Shown here piece by piece: positions 37,068 to 46,273 of a stretch of 64,000 nt of DNA; positions within the stretch are counted from its first letter, which is position 1; the number at the start of each line of letters is the position of its first letter. A program made the translations under genes and the position numbers. Below the pieces are notes generated by a model. It saw nothing but the letters and a program-made list of their open reading frames with translations. It did no database searches and was not told the DNA's origin. Origin of the DNA: Anaerolineaceae bacterium (GTDB taxonomy: Bacteria > Chloroflexota > Anaerolineae > Anaerolineales > Anaerolineaceae); contig JAXGNE010000013.1 of the NCBI GenBank assembly GCA_040768105.1, positions 7,490 to 71,489 on the forward strand, read 5' to 3'.

Positions 37068-38468
37068 ATGACAATAAAAATTTACAACACCCTGACAAGA
37101 AAAAAGGAAGCTTTTGAAACCATCGAACCAGGCACGGTGCGCATGTACGTGTGCGGACCGACAGTCTACGCGCCAGCGCACATTGGACATGCCATGTCTG
37201 CCATGGTTTTTGATATCATTCGCCGATACCTAGAATTTCGCGGGTATGAAGTTCGCCATGTGGTTAACTACACCGATGTGGATGACAAGATCATTGATAG
37301 GGCCAACAAGGAAGGTCAGGATCCCTTCGACCTGGCGGAAAAACACATCCAGGCCTATGCACAAAGTTTAGAAGAACTAAATATAGAGCCGGCAACAGTT
37401 TTCCCTCGCGCCTCCCAAGAGATGGATCAAATCAAAGGAATGATCAGTCAATTAATTGATGCTGGTGTTGCCTATGCAATTAATGGGGATGTGTATTACC
37501 GGGTGGAATCGAAAGAGGATTATGGCAAACTCTCTGGAAGAAAACTGGAAACCATGAACGCGGGTTACCGTATCCAGGTGGACGAAAAGAAAGAACACCC
37601 ACTAGATTTTGCGCTTTGGAAATCTGCAAAAGAAGGCGAACCAGCTTGGGAGAGCCCATGGGGGCTTGGCCGGCCGGGATGGCATATTGAGTGCTCTGCC
37701 ATGAATCTGCATCACCTAGGTGAACAAATAGATATTCACGGCGGCGGTAATGACCTAATCTTCCCGCACCATGAAAATGAAATTGCCCAAACCGAAGCCA
37801 TTACCCATAAAACCTTTGCGCGTTACTGGATGCATAACGGCATGCTCGTGCTCAAAGGCGAGAAGATGTCTAAGTCATTGGGCAACCTGGTCACTATTGA
37901 TGAATTTCTCTCCAAGTACCCGGGCAATATTTTACGCCTGATGGTAATCAATACTGGCTATCGCAGCCCCTTAACCTTCAATGATGAGGTCTTGGAACAA
38001 ACTGAAAATGCCTACGCAAGACTGCTGAGTGCACTGAAACCTGCTTTAGCAAATGCTGCTGGATTGAGCCAGGAAGCTGATCAATATCTAAATGACCAGC
38101 TTACAAAAGCACGAAGTAACTTTATTGATGCAATGGATGATGACTTCAACACATCGGCCGCTATAGCAGTGCTATTTGACCTTGTGCGCATAATTAACCA
38201 GGCTCGCAGTGAAGGTGCTACTGAATCGCAATTAGAGCCAGCCCAAGCAGCCTTTTCTGAGTTAATGAAAGTGCTGGGATTCAAGCTGGAAATAGAAACT
38301 CAAACCAACAGCAATGCCGACCCTTTCATTGAACTCTTAATTGCCCTGCGCACAGAACTGCGCACTCAAAAGCTATTTGCCCTATCAGATAAAATCAGAA
38401 ATGATCTGAAAGCGCTTGGCGTAATAATTGAAGACAGCAAAGACGGTACTTCCTGGCACTGGGAGTAA
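37068..38468 (+). CDS. cysS: Cysteine--tRNA ligase
   Basis: CGPTVYAPAHIGHA (HIGH) and KMSKSLGN. Confidence 0.95.
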   Translation: MTIKIYNTLTRKKEAFETIEPGTVRMYVCGPTVYAPAHIGHAMSAMVFDIIRRYLEFRGYEVRHVVNYTDVDDKIIDRANKEGQDPFDLAEKHIQAYAQSLEELNIEPATVFPRASQEMDQIKGMISQLIDAGVAYAINGDVYYRVESKEDYGKLSGRKLETMNAGYRIQVDEKKEHPLDFALWKSAKEGEPAWESPWGLGRPGWHIECSAMNLHHLGEQIDIHGGGNDLIFPHHENEIAQTEAITHKTFARYWMHNGMLVLKGEKMSKSLGNLVTIDEFLSKYPGNILRLMVINTGYRSPLTFNDEVLEQTENAYARLLSALKPALANAAGLSQEADQYLNDQLTKARSNFIDAMDDDFNTSAAIAVLFDLVRIINQARSEGATESQLEPAQAAFSELMKVLGFKLEIETQTNSNADPFIELLIALRTELRTQKLFALSDKIRNDLKALGVIIEDSKDGTSWHWE

Positions 38469-38470
38469 AC

Positions 38471-39205
38471 TTGAAAGAATGGATTACCGGTCGTAACCCG
38501 GTTTACGAAACCCTTACTGCTCAACGCAGACATTTTTTCCGCCTTTGGCTTGCTTTAGGTGTAAAAATTGAAGGCCGCATTGAACAAGCGCTGAAACTTG
38601 CAAAAGAAAGACGTGTAGTCGTTGAAACTGTACCACGTGAGAAGCTGGATAAGATTTATTACAACCACCAAGGCATTGGCCTTGAAGCAAGTGCTTACCC
38701 ATACGCTGCTTTAGAAGATTTAATTATACTTAGCAAAAGTCGCCAGGAAGCACCTTTCTTCCTGGTCCTTGATCTGATACAAGACCCCCAAAACCTCGGT
38801 ACACTGCTGCGTTCGGCTGAAGCCATGGGCGTTCATGGGGTGGTGATTGCTACGGCGCGCGGTGCCCTAATTACCCCAGCAGTAGTTACTGCTTCTTCTG
38901 GTGCCAGCGAACACTTATTGATTGCCCAACACAACTTGGTCCAGGCACTTGAGAAAATGAAAGCGAACAACGCGTGGGTGGTAGGTTTGGATGAAGACAC
39001 TACCTCTAAAACGCCCAACCAGTTGGATCTCAATATGGGTTTGGCAATGGTGGTTGGCAATGAAGGATCTGGTTTGCGAAACCTGGTCAAGAAATCTTGC
39101 GACGAATTGCTTAGGCTGCCCATGGTTGGAAAGGTTGAATCCTTGAACGCGGCTGTGGCTGGTTCAATAGCCCTTTTCCTTGCCAGGCAAGCCAGGAGTC
39201 TTTAA
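38471..39205 (+). CDS. rlmB: TrmH-family 23S rRNA 2'-O-ribose methyltransferase (RlmB-like)
   Basis: SpoU substrate-binding N-domain. DPQNLGTLLRSAEA, VVGNEGSGL and ESLNAAVA motifs. Position directly after cysS. Confidence 0.75.
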   Translation: MKEWITGRNPVYETLTAQRRHFFRLWLALGVKIEGRIEQALKLAKERRVVVETVPREKLDKIYYNHQGIGLEASAYPYAALEDLIILSKSRQEAPFFLVLDLIQDPQNLGTLLRSAEAMGVHGVVIATARGALITPAVVTASSGASEHLLIAQHNLVQALEKMKANNAWVVGLDEDTTSKTPNQLDLNMGLAMVVGNEGSGLRNLVKKSCDELLRLPMVGKVESLNAAVAGSIALFLARQARSL

Positions 39206-39275
39206 TCTATAATGTAACCTTTGTCGCTGAACATCATCTAAAATCACAAAACAACAAATAACAAGGAGATTAAAT

Positions 39276-39761
39276 ATGAAAATTAGTAAAAAATTAACCG
39301 ATGCATTAAACAGCCAACTAGGACATGAATTAATTGCCTCCCATATTTACATGAGCATGGCTGTCTATTTCAACAGCTTAGAACTTAAAAGATTATCCGA
39401 TGAATTTTTCCGCCAGGCAGCAGAAGAACGCGAACATGCCCTCAAATTCATGCATTACATGATGGATGTTGGTGCAGATATTGAGATCCCAGCTATTGAT
39501 AAACCAAAGAAAGACTTTGAAAGTGTTCTACAAGCATTCGAATTGGCCTTAGCATGGGAACAGGAAGTAACCGCACGCATTAATGCTATGATGGACATCG
39601 CTAAGGAAGATAAAGACTACGCAGCACAAGGTATGCTACAGTGGTTCATTAATGAACAAGTTGAAGAAGAAGCAACCATGTCTCGGTTCATTGCCCTGGC
39701 AAAAGCCTTAGAAAAACACAACATTTTCATGATCGAAAACCTAGTTGCCCATAAGGATTAA
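39276..39761 (+). CDS. Ferritin (non-heme)
   Basis: Four-helix di-iron ligand pattern: E...EEREHALKF...WEQEV...QWFINEQVEEE. Confidence 0.85.
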   Translation: MKISKKLTDALNSQLGHELIASHIYMSMAVYFNSLELKRLSDEFFRQAAEEREHALKFMHYMMDVGADIEIPAIDKPKKDFESVLQAFELALAWEQEVTARINAMMDIAKEDKDYAAQGMLQWFINEQVEEEATMSRFIALAKALEKHNIFMIENLVAHKD

Positions 39762-39785
39762 TCTGAAACAATCAAATCTATAAAA

Positions 39786-39816
39786 ACCTGGATGGCATGT
39801 TCATCCAGGTTTTTTT
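39786..39816. terminator. Bidirectional intrinsic terminator
   Basis: acctggatg-gcatgtt-catccaggt stem flanked by AAAA and TTTTTT. Confidence 0.8.
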
Positions 39817-39856
39817 AATTTAATAAATCGGTTTGACCACTGGAGGTCGAAATTGG

Positions 39857-40378
39857 CTACATCCACACTAACACAATTACCCACAAGCCAATCATCAGCA
39901 GGGCAAAAATCAACCGGATCACAACCGCCCAACCACAACCCATTGCCATAGCCTTGGTTGACTCAAAGGCCTGTTTTTGATCTCGGATTCTAAAGTATTC
40001 AAGAAGAAACATCGCCAGGAATGCCAATGCCAGGCCTCCAATCGGTGTTAACAATATGCCTCCACCAATCATTGCCAGCCAGGTTAAGGCAATCGCCCAC
40101 CAAGGCGTACCTTTTTTATAGGCACTGCCGGCCATTAAGAAATTATCAAGGATAGAACCACCAATCATGAGCAGGGTATTAAAACCAAAAATGCCAACCG
40201 TCCATGCAAATTGCCAGGACTCATGGGTATGGTTGAAACCAATGATAATCGCCCATACTAATTGTCCCAACCAAATAACCGTAAGCCCGGGAAAGAATAC
40301 CAGTAATAGACCAACCAACCCGATCAGTTGGATCAGGCTGGTTATCACTAAAAGGGTAATATATAGCCATTCAGGCAT
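39857..40378 (-). CDS. DUF456-family membrane protein
   Basis: Four or five TM spans. Family call is from overall pattern only. Confidence 0.5.
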   Translation of the reverse strand: MPEWLYITLLVITSLIQLIGLVGLLLVFFPGLTVIWLGQLVWAIIIGFNHTHESWQFAWTVGIFGFNTLLMIGGSILDNFLMAGSAYKKGTPWWAIALTWLAMIGGGILLTPIGGLALAFLAMFLLEYFRIRDQKQAFESTKAMAMGCGWAVVIRLIFALLMIGLWVIVLVWM

Positions 40379-40379
40379 A

Positions 40380-41651
40380 TTAAGCTCTTATGACCTCTAT
40401 GCCGCCCATAAATGGTTTTAAGACTTCAGGGATAACCACACTGCCATCTGCTTGTTGGTAGTTTTCCAACACCGCAATCAGTGTGCGCGGTAAGCCTAAG
40501 CCAGAGCCATTCAAGGTGTGCACGAATTCGGGTTTACCTCCATCGGCTGGACGGTACTTGATATTTGCTCGGCGAGCTTGGAAATCACCAATATTCGAAA
40601 TCGAGGAGACCTCCAACCACTCTTGGCAACCAGGTGCCCATACTTCGATGTCATAAGTTTTATGTGCGCCGAAACTCAAATCTCCTGTCGATTGCAGCAA
40701 GACCCGGTATGTAAGGCCAAGTTCAGCACAGGTCTGCTCCGCATCGGCGATCATTTTTTGATGTTCATCCTTGGATTGAGCCGGCAAACAAAACTTGTAC
40801 ATTTCCACTTTATCAAACTGGTGCCCGCGTTTAATACCGCGCACGTCCCTACCGGCGCTCATTTTCTCGCGGCGGAAGCAAGCTGTGTAAGCTGTATAAT
40901 TGATGGGTAATTCTGATTCATCGAGAATTTCGCCCATGTGCAGGCCAGTCAGGGGAACCTCGGCTGTAGGGACCATCCAAAAATCTTCCAAATGATCGTG
41001 ATACAAATTTTCTTCAAATTTCGGTAATTGCCCGGCGCCAAACAAAACCTCGGCATGCACCATCCAGGGGGTATACTTCTCGAGGTATCCCTGGCGAATA
41101 TGCTGATCTAACATCCAGGAGATTAAGGCTCGCTGCAGCCTGGCACCAACACCAGAAAGTACATAAAATCGCGACCCAGACAGCTTAACCCCGCCTTCAA
41201 AGTCGATAATTCCTAATGCTGTTCCCAAATCCCAATGCGGCTTGACCTCAAAATCAAAACTGCGCGGTGTGCCAACTTGCCGAATGACAATATTATCCTT
41301 ATCATCCACACCTATCGGCACATCGTCATCAGGAATGTTGGGGATAACCGCCACGGCTGCCGTCAAAGCCTGTTCTGCTGCACGCAGTTTTTCATCCAGC
41401 GCACTGATCTCATCACCCAAGAGACGCATAGCTTCTATCTTAATATTGCGTTCGTCAGGATCTTTCATGCGGCTGATTTCTTTACTAACCGAATTTCTTT
41501 CGGAGCGTTTTACCTCGACATCTAAAATTAATGCCCGTCTTTTTTCATCCAGGCGCAAGACTTCATCAACCTGGCTTGGGTCCATTTGCCTTTTATGCAT
41601 CGATTCACGGATGAGTTCCGGGTTTTCTCGGATAAGTTTGATATCTAACAT
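40380..41651 (-). CDS. serS: Serine--tRNA ligase
   Basis: [13 protein letters not shown]-terminus, coiled-coil arm and class II motifs ([12 protein letters not shown]). Confidence 0.95.
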   Translation of the reverse strand: MLDIKLIRENPELIRESMHKRQMDPSQVDEVLRLDEKRRALILDVEVKRSERNSVSKEISRMKDPDERNIKIEAMRLLGDEISALDEKLRAAEQALTAAVAVIPNIPDDDVPIGVDDKDNIVIRQVGTPRSFDFEVKPHWDLGTALGIIDFEGGVKLSGSRFYVLSGVGARLQRALISWMLDQHIRQGYLEKYTPWMVHAEVLFGAGQLPKFEENLYHDHLEDFWMVPTAEVPLTGLHMGEILDESELPINYTAYTACFRREKMSAGRDVRGIKRGHQFDKVEMYKFCLPAQSKDEHQKMIADAEQTCAELGLTYRVLLQSTGDLSFGAHKTYDIEVWAPGCQEWLEVSSISNIGDFQARRANIKYRPADGGKPEFVHTLNGSGLGLPRTLIAVLENYQQADGSVVIPEVLKPFMGGIEVIRA

Positions 41652-41786
41652 AGCTACCTCAATTCCAACAGAGAACATCTTTTTATAATTGAGCTTAAGT
41701 TTATCACTTTTCACTCACGTTCTAATCTCATATAGCACAAATAAATTCATCGAACTGTTTGCACACAATTGTTTATAATTATCTGC

Positions 41787-42777
41787 ATGATGAAACATTT
41801 ACCTCAACTAAAAACTAAAGTGATTCCCATGCTTGGATTCCTAGTGTTGGCTTCAATGACCCTCTATTTACTCATCCAGACACTGATCCAGGCAGCATTA
41901 TGGCATTCATTCGGGGGAATCCTCTTAATCATCATCACACTTGGTGTTTTTATTGCGCTGTACTTTGAAGGCAAAAGAGTCTGGTTCAATGAACAAGACC
42001 TCATCAAATCTAAACGCCATTTCCGGGAATTTGTATCCGTAGTGGGTGGGGCTTTATTTACATACTACCTAGCGCATGACATCGGCGTTGGCATTGTGGT
42101 TGCTGCTAGCTTAGCCGGGGTTTTAGCCCATGTCTTCTTTGCCGATTTTGAAGCACCTTTCTTTGCCGGGGCTTTTGTTGGAATGAGTTCGACCGGACTA
42201 TTGTTCAACTATTCAGAATTAATCTTGGCAGCCGCAATTTCTGGTCTGACCTTTATCTTGGCTACGACTGTATTCCGCGGCTTTGGTGGAAAAATGGGAA
42301 CAGTAGCCTTGGTAGGCACCTTCTTGGCAGGCAGCAGCCTTATGCGCCAATTTGAATTACGGCCTTTACCAGCCTTTGATGTTATCATCCTAGTCTTTAT
42401 TTTTTCTGTTTTGACTACGCCATTAACACATTACCTGAACATTAAACGCGACCATGGTCCAGTGATGGCTTCTGCTGTGATTGGTTTAATGGCAGGCATA
42501 TTGTTACCGCGTTTTTTTTGCTGAAAACGGCAGCTTTTACGCGATTGTTGTGATTTGCGCTTCTTTCATTGGCATGACTGTGAAACCAGTTTGCAGTAAC
42601 TTCTGGCAAATTTCCCTTTCAGGGGTAATCATGGCAATCGTATTTGTCTATGCCACACCACTATTGAATGGAGCTGGCGGAAAACTAGGTGCAATTGCGT
42701 TTATTGCTGTCTTATCTATTTGCGGATTCCGCAAACTAGCTGAGGTTATAATTTCTGAGAGCAGCAGACCTAGTTAA
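41787..42777 (+). pseudogene. Polytopic membrane protein gene split by a +1 frameshift at a T8 run (ORFs 41787-42524 and 42550-42777)
   Basis: Removing one T from 42512-42519 reads ...LPRFFAENGSFYAIVVICASFIGMTV..., joining both ORFs. The motif GGK(M/L)G(T/A)(V/I)A occurs in both halves. Confidence 0.65.
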
Positions 42778-42812
42778 CTGTTTCCCTTAGCCCGCTTAAA
42801 ACAAGCTATAAT

Positions 42813-43769
42813 ATGCTCCATATGCGAAAAATCTACCTGATCATTATTTTGATATGCCTGTTGATTGGGACACATAAGCCTGCCCAAGCCCAAGCAGGCA
42901 GCGCCTATGACTTAATTGCTGAAGTAAACGCATACAGGGCGGCTAATGGTTTAGATGAATACAGCATTGATAGCTTCTTGATGGAGTACGCGCAAAGCCA
43001 CGCAGAATATTGTGCATCCATAGGTTATGGCACGCATACGCACCAAGACGGCACTGTCCCCTTTGACTCAGGTATCCAGGAAAATGTAGCAAGCGGCACA
43101 AACATGTCTGTTTCCTTTACGATTTACACCATCTGGGCTGATCCCGTGCACTGGAAGCTGATTGCAGGCAACAGCGGTGGCAGGATTGGTGCAGGCGCTG
43201 CGTACAGCGGTGATTCAGTTTATTACACTCTGAATGTCATCCCCTCGGGCACGACAGTCAGCGAACCACCTGAAAACACAACGGTAGTCCTTGCTGCCGT
43301 GCAACCCCAGGTAACCCAGGAATATATCGGTGAGGTAATTACAAACACCCCTAATGCAAACGGCATTGTCGTTCATTTTGTAAAATACGGTGAGTCACTT
43401 TGGTCCATTGCCATTGCTTACGGCACAACTGGTGCACAAATTATGGAAAATTCTGGCTTCAGTCCCAGCATAACCAATGTATTTGAAGGACAGAAATTAA
43501 TCATTAAAACCGCATCTCCCCCGACTGCTACCGTGCAGCCCTCAAAAACGCCTGTTCCACCTACACCAACCATCACACCGCCGAGGCCTACCCGCACGCC
43601 AATGCCGACACGCACGCCTATGCCCACGCCAACCCCCACCCAACCCCCGCCAGTGCTTTACCGGGCGTTTGGTGACAGCCAAACCCTTGGCACTGCCCTA
43701 GTTGGTCTCAGTTTGACCGGGTTGATATTGGTCGTCACTTTTGGTTTTTTGCGGAAGCCTAAACCTTAA
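42813..43769 (+). CDS. Secreted CAP/SCP-like + LysM protein with Pro/Thr-rich linker and C-terminal TM anchor
   Basis: Signal peptide. AYRAANGLDEY...YAQSHAEY (CAP-like). LysM VKYGESLWSIAIAYG. PTPTITPPRPTRTPMPTRTPMPTPTPT linker. Confidence 0.6.
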   Translation: MLHMRKIYLIIILICLLIGTHKPAQAQAGSAYDLIAEVNAYRAANGLDEYSIDSFLMEYAQSHAEYCASIGYGTHTHQDGTVPFDSGIQENVASGTNMSVSFTIYTIWADPVHWKLIAGNSGGRIGAGAAYSGDSVYYTLNVIPSGTTVSEPPENTTVVLAAVQPQVTQEYIGEVITNTPNANGIVVHFVKYGESLWSIAIAYGTTGAQIMENSGFSPSITNVFEGQKLIIKTASPPTATVQPSKTPVPPTPTITPPRPTRTPMPTRTPMPTPTPTQPPPVLYRAFGDSQTLGTALVGLSLTGLILVVTFGFLRKPKP

Positions 43770-43822
43770 TTTTTGGAAATCCAAACCTTGAAATAATTTT
43801 ATTAATTTGATCTTAAAAACCC

Positions 43823-43852
43823 TTGACAGCAAAAAAATAGTGGTGATAAAAT
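43823..43852 (+). promoter_or_regulatory. Near-consensus sigma70 promoter with extended -10
   Basis: TTGACA (43823-43828), an 18-nt spacer, then TGaTAAAAT (43844-43852). Confidence 0.65.
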
Positions 43853-43888
43853 AATGAAGTTAGGCCAATTCTACGAGAGGTAATTTTA

Positions 43889-43987
43889 ATGACAAGCACA
43901 ATCTACATCAAAATCAGCTTGCTTCGCAGCTCCGCCGTTTCTGGCGCCGCTCTGATTCAAGCATGGAATGTGCCTGTCCACAGTTAA
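43889..43987 (+). CDS. 32-codon leader uORF (MTSTIYIKISLLRSSAVSGAALIQAWNVPVHS)
   Basis: GAGAGG lies 8 nt upstream of the ATG. Below the ORF-track size cutoff. Followed by two terminators. Confidence 0.5.
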   Translation: MTSTIYIKISLLRSSAVSGAALIQAWNVPVHS

Positions 43988-44026
43988 CCTATACGCAACG
44001 ACTGTCCAGACCACGGGTACATTCCA
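43892..44026 (+). promoter_or_regulatory. Candidate transcription attenuator (mutually exclusive pairings 1:2, 2:3, 3:4)
   Basis: Segment 1 (43892-43905) pairs with segment 2 (43964-43977) at 12 of 14 positions. Segment 2 pairs with segment 3 (44013-44026) at 14 of 14 including 2 G-U. Segment 3 overlaps the left arm of terminator T1. Confidence 0.5.
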
Positions 44027-44042
44027 GTCCCGTGGTTTTTTT
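44010..44042 (+). terminator. Intrinsic terminator T1
   Basis: accacggg / cccgtggt 8-bp stem with an 11-nt loop, then a T-run to 44042. Confidence 0.8.
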
Positions 44043-44062
44043 ATTAATCACATTTTCTAGAC

Positions 44063-44095
44063 AAACCACGGGAAGAAGGCAACCCGTGGTTTTTT
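44063..44095 (+). terminator. Intrinsic terminator T2 (same stem core as T1)
   Basis: aaaccacggg / cccgtggttt stem with a 10-nt loop, then a T-run to 44095. Confidence 0.8.
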
Positions 44096-44144
44096 AGTCT
44101 GCCAGGGTACTTGTAGAAAAAAAAGCAAGATTAAGGAGAAAGAG

Positions 44145-45179
44145 ATGAAAAAAGAGGATTTATATCAATTGAAAACCCACCCAAGCTGGTGCTTGCGCCC
44201 ATTCACCCTGGCAGACGCCCCTGCCGTGGTCGAGATCATGCGCGCCAGCTCGCTAGCAAACCTAGGCTATGCTGATGTTGACCTTGAGGAAATGTTATCC
44301 GATTGGACTGCACCTGGTGTGGACCTACTAGAGACCGCCCGCGTCCTGGTGGACGAGCAAGGTCAGATCATTGGCTATTGCGATATCTGGGACTCGGAAG
44401 CCCCACATGTGACCAAGTGGTGCTGGGTTGATATTCACCCTGACCGCTGGGAAGATGCCGTTGCCCTGGAACTGCTGGGGTGGTCTGAGCAGGCTGCCCG
44501 TGCACGCATGCACCTGGCGCCTGATGGAGCACGTGTGATCCTGGGATACGGCTTAAACCACCGACAGGAGCGATCCCGCTGCATGCTGGAAGCAGCCAGT
44601 TTTGAGCTGGTGCGCCATTACTACCGCATGCAGATCGAACTGGACCAGCAGCCAGCACAGCCAGCTTTGAACGGCTTCGCAGTGCGCCCCATGCGCTACC
44701 CGGACGAGTTCCCCATGGCGGTCAATGCCATCCAGGAAGGCTTCCGCGACCATTGGGGGTACATTGAGCATGATGAGCAGGAGAACCTGGCGCACTGGCA
44801 GCACTATGTCGATAACAGCCTGTTTTTTGACCCCAGCCTGTGGTTCTTTGCCTTCACAGGTGAGCAATTGGCAGGGCTGTGCTTCTGCAAAGCTGGTATC
44901 AGCGAAGATCCTGAGTTGGGTTGGGTCAACCAACTGGCAGTACTGCGCTCCTACCGCCGACGGGGTCTGGGCAAAGCACTCCTGCAGCATGCCTTTTTTG
45001 AACTATATCAAAGGGGCAGGCGCAAGGTTGCGCTAGGCGTAGACGCCACCAGCCTGACAAACGCCACCCATTTATATGAAAGCGCCGGCATGCGAGTCGT
45101 CCGGCAGTATGATACCTACCATAAAGAATTGCGCCCAGGTAAGGACCTGAGCACACAAGAATTAGACAATACGGAGTAA
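44145..45179 (+). CDS. GNAT-family N-acetyltransferase, tandem-GNAT (MshD-like) architecture, GC-rich
   Basis: AAGGAG upstream. Q/R-x-x-G-x-G/A-type motif LRSYRRRGLGKALL. Homologous to the next gene (FRDHWGY, LGVD, LYES.G). Confidence 0.75.
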   Translation: MKKEDLYQLKTHPSWCLRPFTLADAPAVVEIMRASSLANLGYADVDLEEMLSDWTAPGVDLLETARVLVDEQGQIIGYCDIWDSEAPHVTKWCWVDIHPDRWEDAVALELLGWSEQAARARMHLAPDGARVILGYGLNHRQERSRCMLEAASFELVRHYYRMQIELDQQPAQPALNGFAVRPMRYPDEFPMAVNAIQEGFRDHWGYIEHDEQENLAHWQHYVDNSLFFDPSLWFFAFTGEQLAGLCFCKAGISEDPELGWVNQLAVLRSYRRRGLGKALLQHAFFELYQRGRRKVALGVDATSLTNATHLYESAGMRVVRQYDTYHKELRPGKDLSTQELDNTE

Positions 45180-45183
45180 GATC

Positions 45184-46212
45184 ATGTTTGTTCTACCGAT
45201 AACAAAAACAATAAATGTACAAAACAAACCAAACATTCCTGGGCTGACTTTCCGCCGCTTTGAAGGCGAGTCCGATTACCCAAAGATGATTGGCATAATT
45301 ACCGCCTGTAAAGATGTGGACCGTGAAGAACGCAGCGAAACTGTAGATGATTTGCGCAACCAGTATGCACACCTCCAAAATTGCGATCCATACACAGATA
45401 TGCTCTTTGCGGAGATTAATGACGAGCCTGTTGCTTATGCACGGGTTGGTTGGTTTGAGGAAAAAGACCCGGTCATTCGGGTTTATTACCATTTCTTTTT
45501 CCTAATACCTGAATGGCGCGGGCGAGGCATTGAAGAAGCCATAGCACGCTGGGCTGAAAAACGGCTTAAGAAGATAGCAGAAGCACATCCAAAAAATATC
45601 AAACGCGTTTTCTCAGTAGAATGCAGCGAGCATCAACAGGACAAGATAGCCCTGCTGGCAGGTTTAGGCTACAAACCCGAGCGTTACTTTGTCTCAATGT
45701 CTAGGCCACTCACAGACATACCCAAAGCAACTATGCCGGAGGGTATCGAAGTTCGGCCAGTCACGCCTGAGCAGCACGACCTGCTCTGGCAGGCAAGCAA
45801 TGAGGCATTTCGCGATCATTGGGGATATGCTGAGCCTTCTGATGAAGAATATACAGAATGGCGTAATTCACGTTGGTTCCAACCACAGCTCTGGCAGGTT
45901 GCCTGGGATGGCAATGAGGTTGTTGGCCAAGTTCAAAACTTTATTGACACTCTTGAAAACCAGGAATACAAGCGTCAGCGCGGTTACACTGAAGGCATCA
46001 GCGTACGCCGGCCTTGGCGAGGTCGCGGGATTGCCAAAGCCCTGATTGTGCGCTCAATGCATATGCATAAGGCATTGGGCATGACTGAAGTGGCACTAGG
46101 TGTGGATACCAATAACCCGAATGGTGCGCTTAAGCTCTATGAAAGCCTCGGCTATAAAGCTTACAAAACCTTGATTGTCTATCGCAAACCGATGCCGGGA
46201 CAGGAAAAATAG
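45184..46212 (+). CDS. GNAT-family N-acetyltransferase, tandem-GNAT architecture (paralog of the previous gene)
   Basis: EWRGRGIEEAI and RRPWRGRGIAKALI acetyl-CoA motifs. Start is 4 nt after the previous stop. Confidence 0.75.
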   Translation: MFVLPITKTINVQNKPNIPGLTFRRFEGESDYPKMIGIITACKDVDREERSETVDDLRNQYAHLQNCDPYTDMLFAEINDEPVAYARVGWFEEKDPVIRVYYHFFFLIPEWRGRGIEEAIARWAEKRLKKIAEAHPKNIKRVFSVECSEHQQDKIALLAGLGYKPERYFVSMSRPLTDIPKATMPEGIEVRPVTPEQHDLLWQASNEAFRDHWGYAEPSDEEYTEWRNSRWFQPQLWQVAWDGNEVVGQVQNFIDTLENQEYKRQRGYTEGISVRRPWRGRGIAKALIVRSMHMHKALGMTEVALGVDTNNPNGALKLYESLGYKAYKTLIVYRKPMPGQEK

Positions 46213-46214
46213 TT

Positions 46215-46250
46215 AAAAAGGCAGCAGGTATAAAACCCTGCTGCCTTTTT
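46215..46250 (+). terminator. Strong intrinsic terminator between GNAT2 and the ABC-F gene
   Basis: aaaaaggcagcagg-tataaaac-cctgctgccttttt, a perfect 14-bp stem. It starts 3 nt after the GNAT2 stop and ends 24 nt before the ABC-F ATG. Confidence 0.85.
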
Positions 46251-46273
46251 GATTGAGGAGAATTTACAAAATA

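Noticed and set aside
43540-43650. Short tandem DNA repeats (acgcacgcc-a/t-atgcc...)
   Set aside because: They are in-frame codons for a Pro/Thr-rich linker (RTPMPTRTPMPTPTPT) of the CAP/LysM protein. They are not a CRISPR array or a non-coding satellite. The same applies to the T/P linker at 58620-58800.
43889-43987. Reading the 32-aa uORF as a RiPP precursor or a small toxin
   Set aside because: There are no adjacent maturation, export or immunity genes. The peptide has no Cys/Ser/Thr-rich core or leader-like motif. The overlapping RNA pairing scheme and the twin terminators fit a regulatory leader better. I cannot fully exclude a stand-alone small protein.
44328-45156. Cluster of overlapping ORFs inside GNAT1, four antisense and one (44725-45036) in another sense-strand frame
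   Set aside because: They are a consequence of the locally high GC, which gives few stop codons. They have no SDs and no recognisable motifs, whereas the annotated sense-strand GNAT frame has clear motifs.
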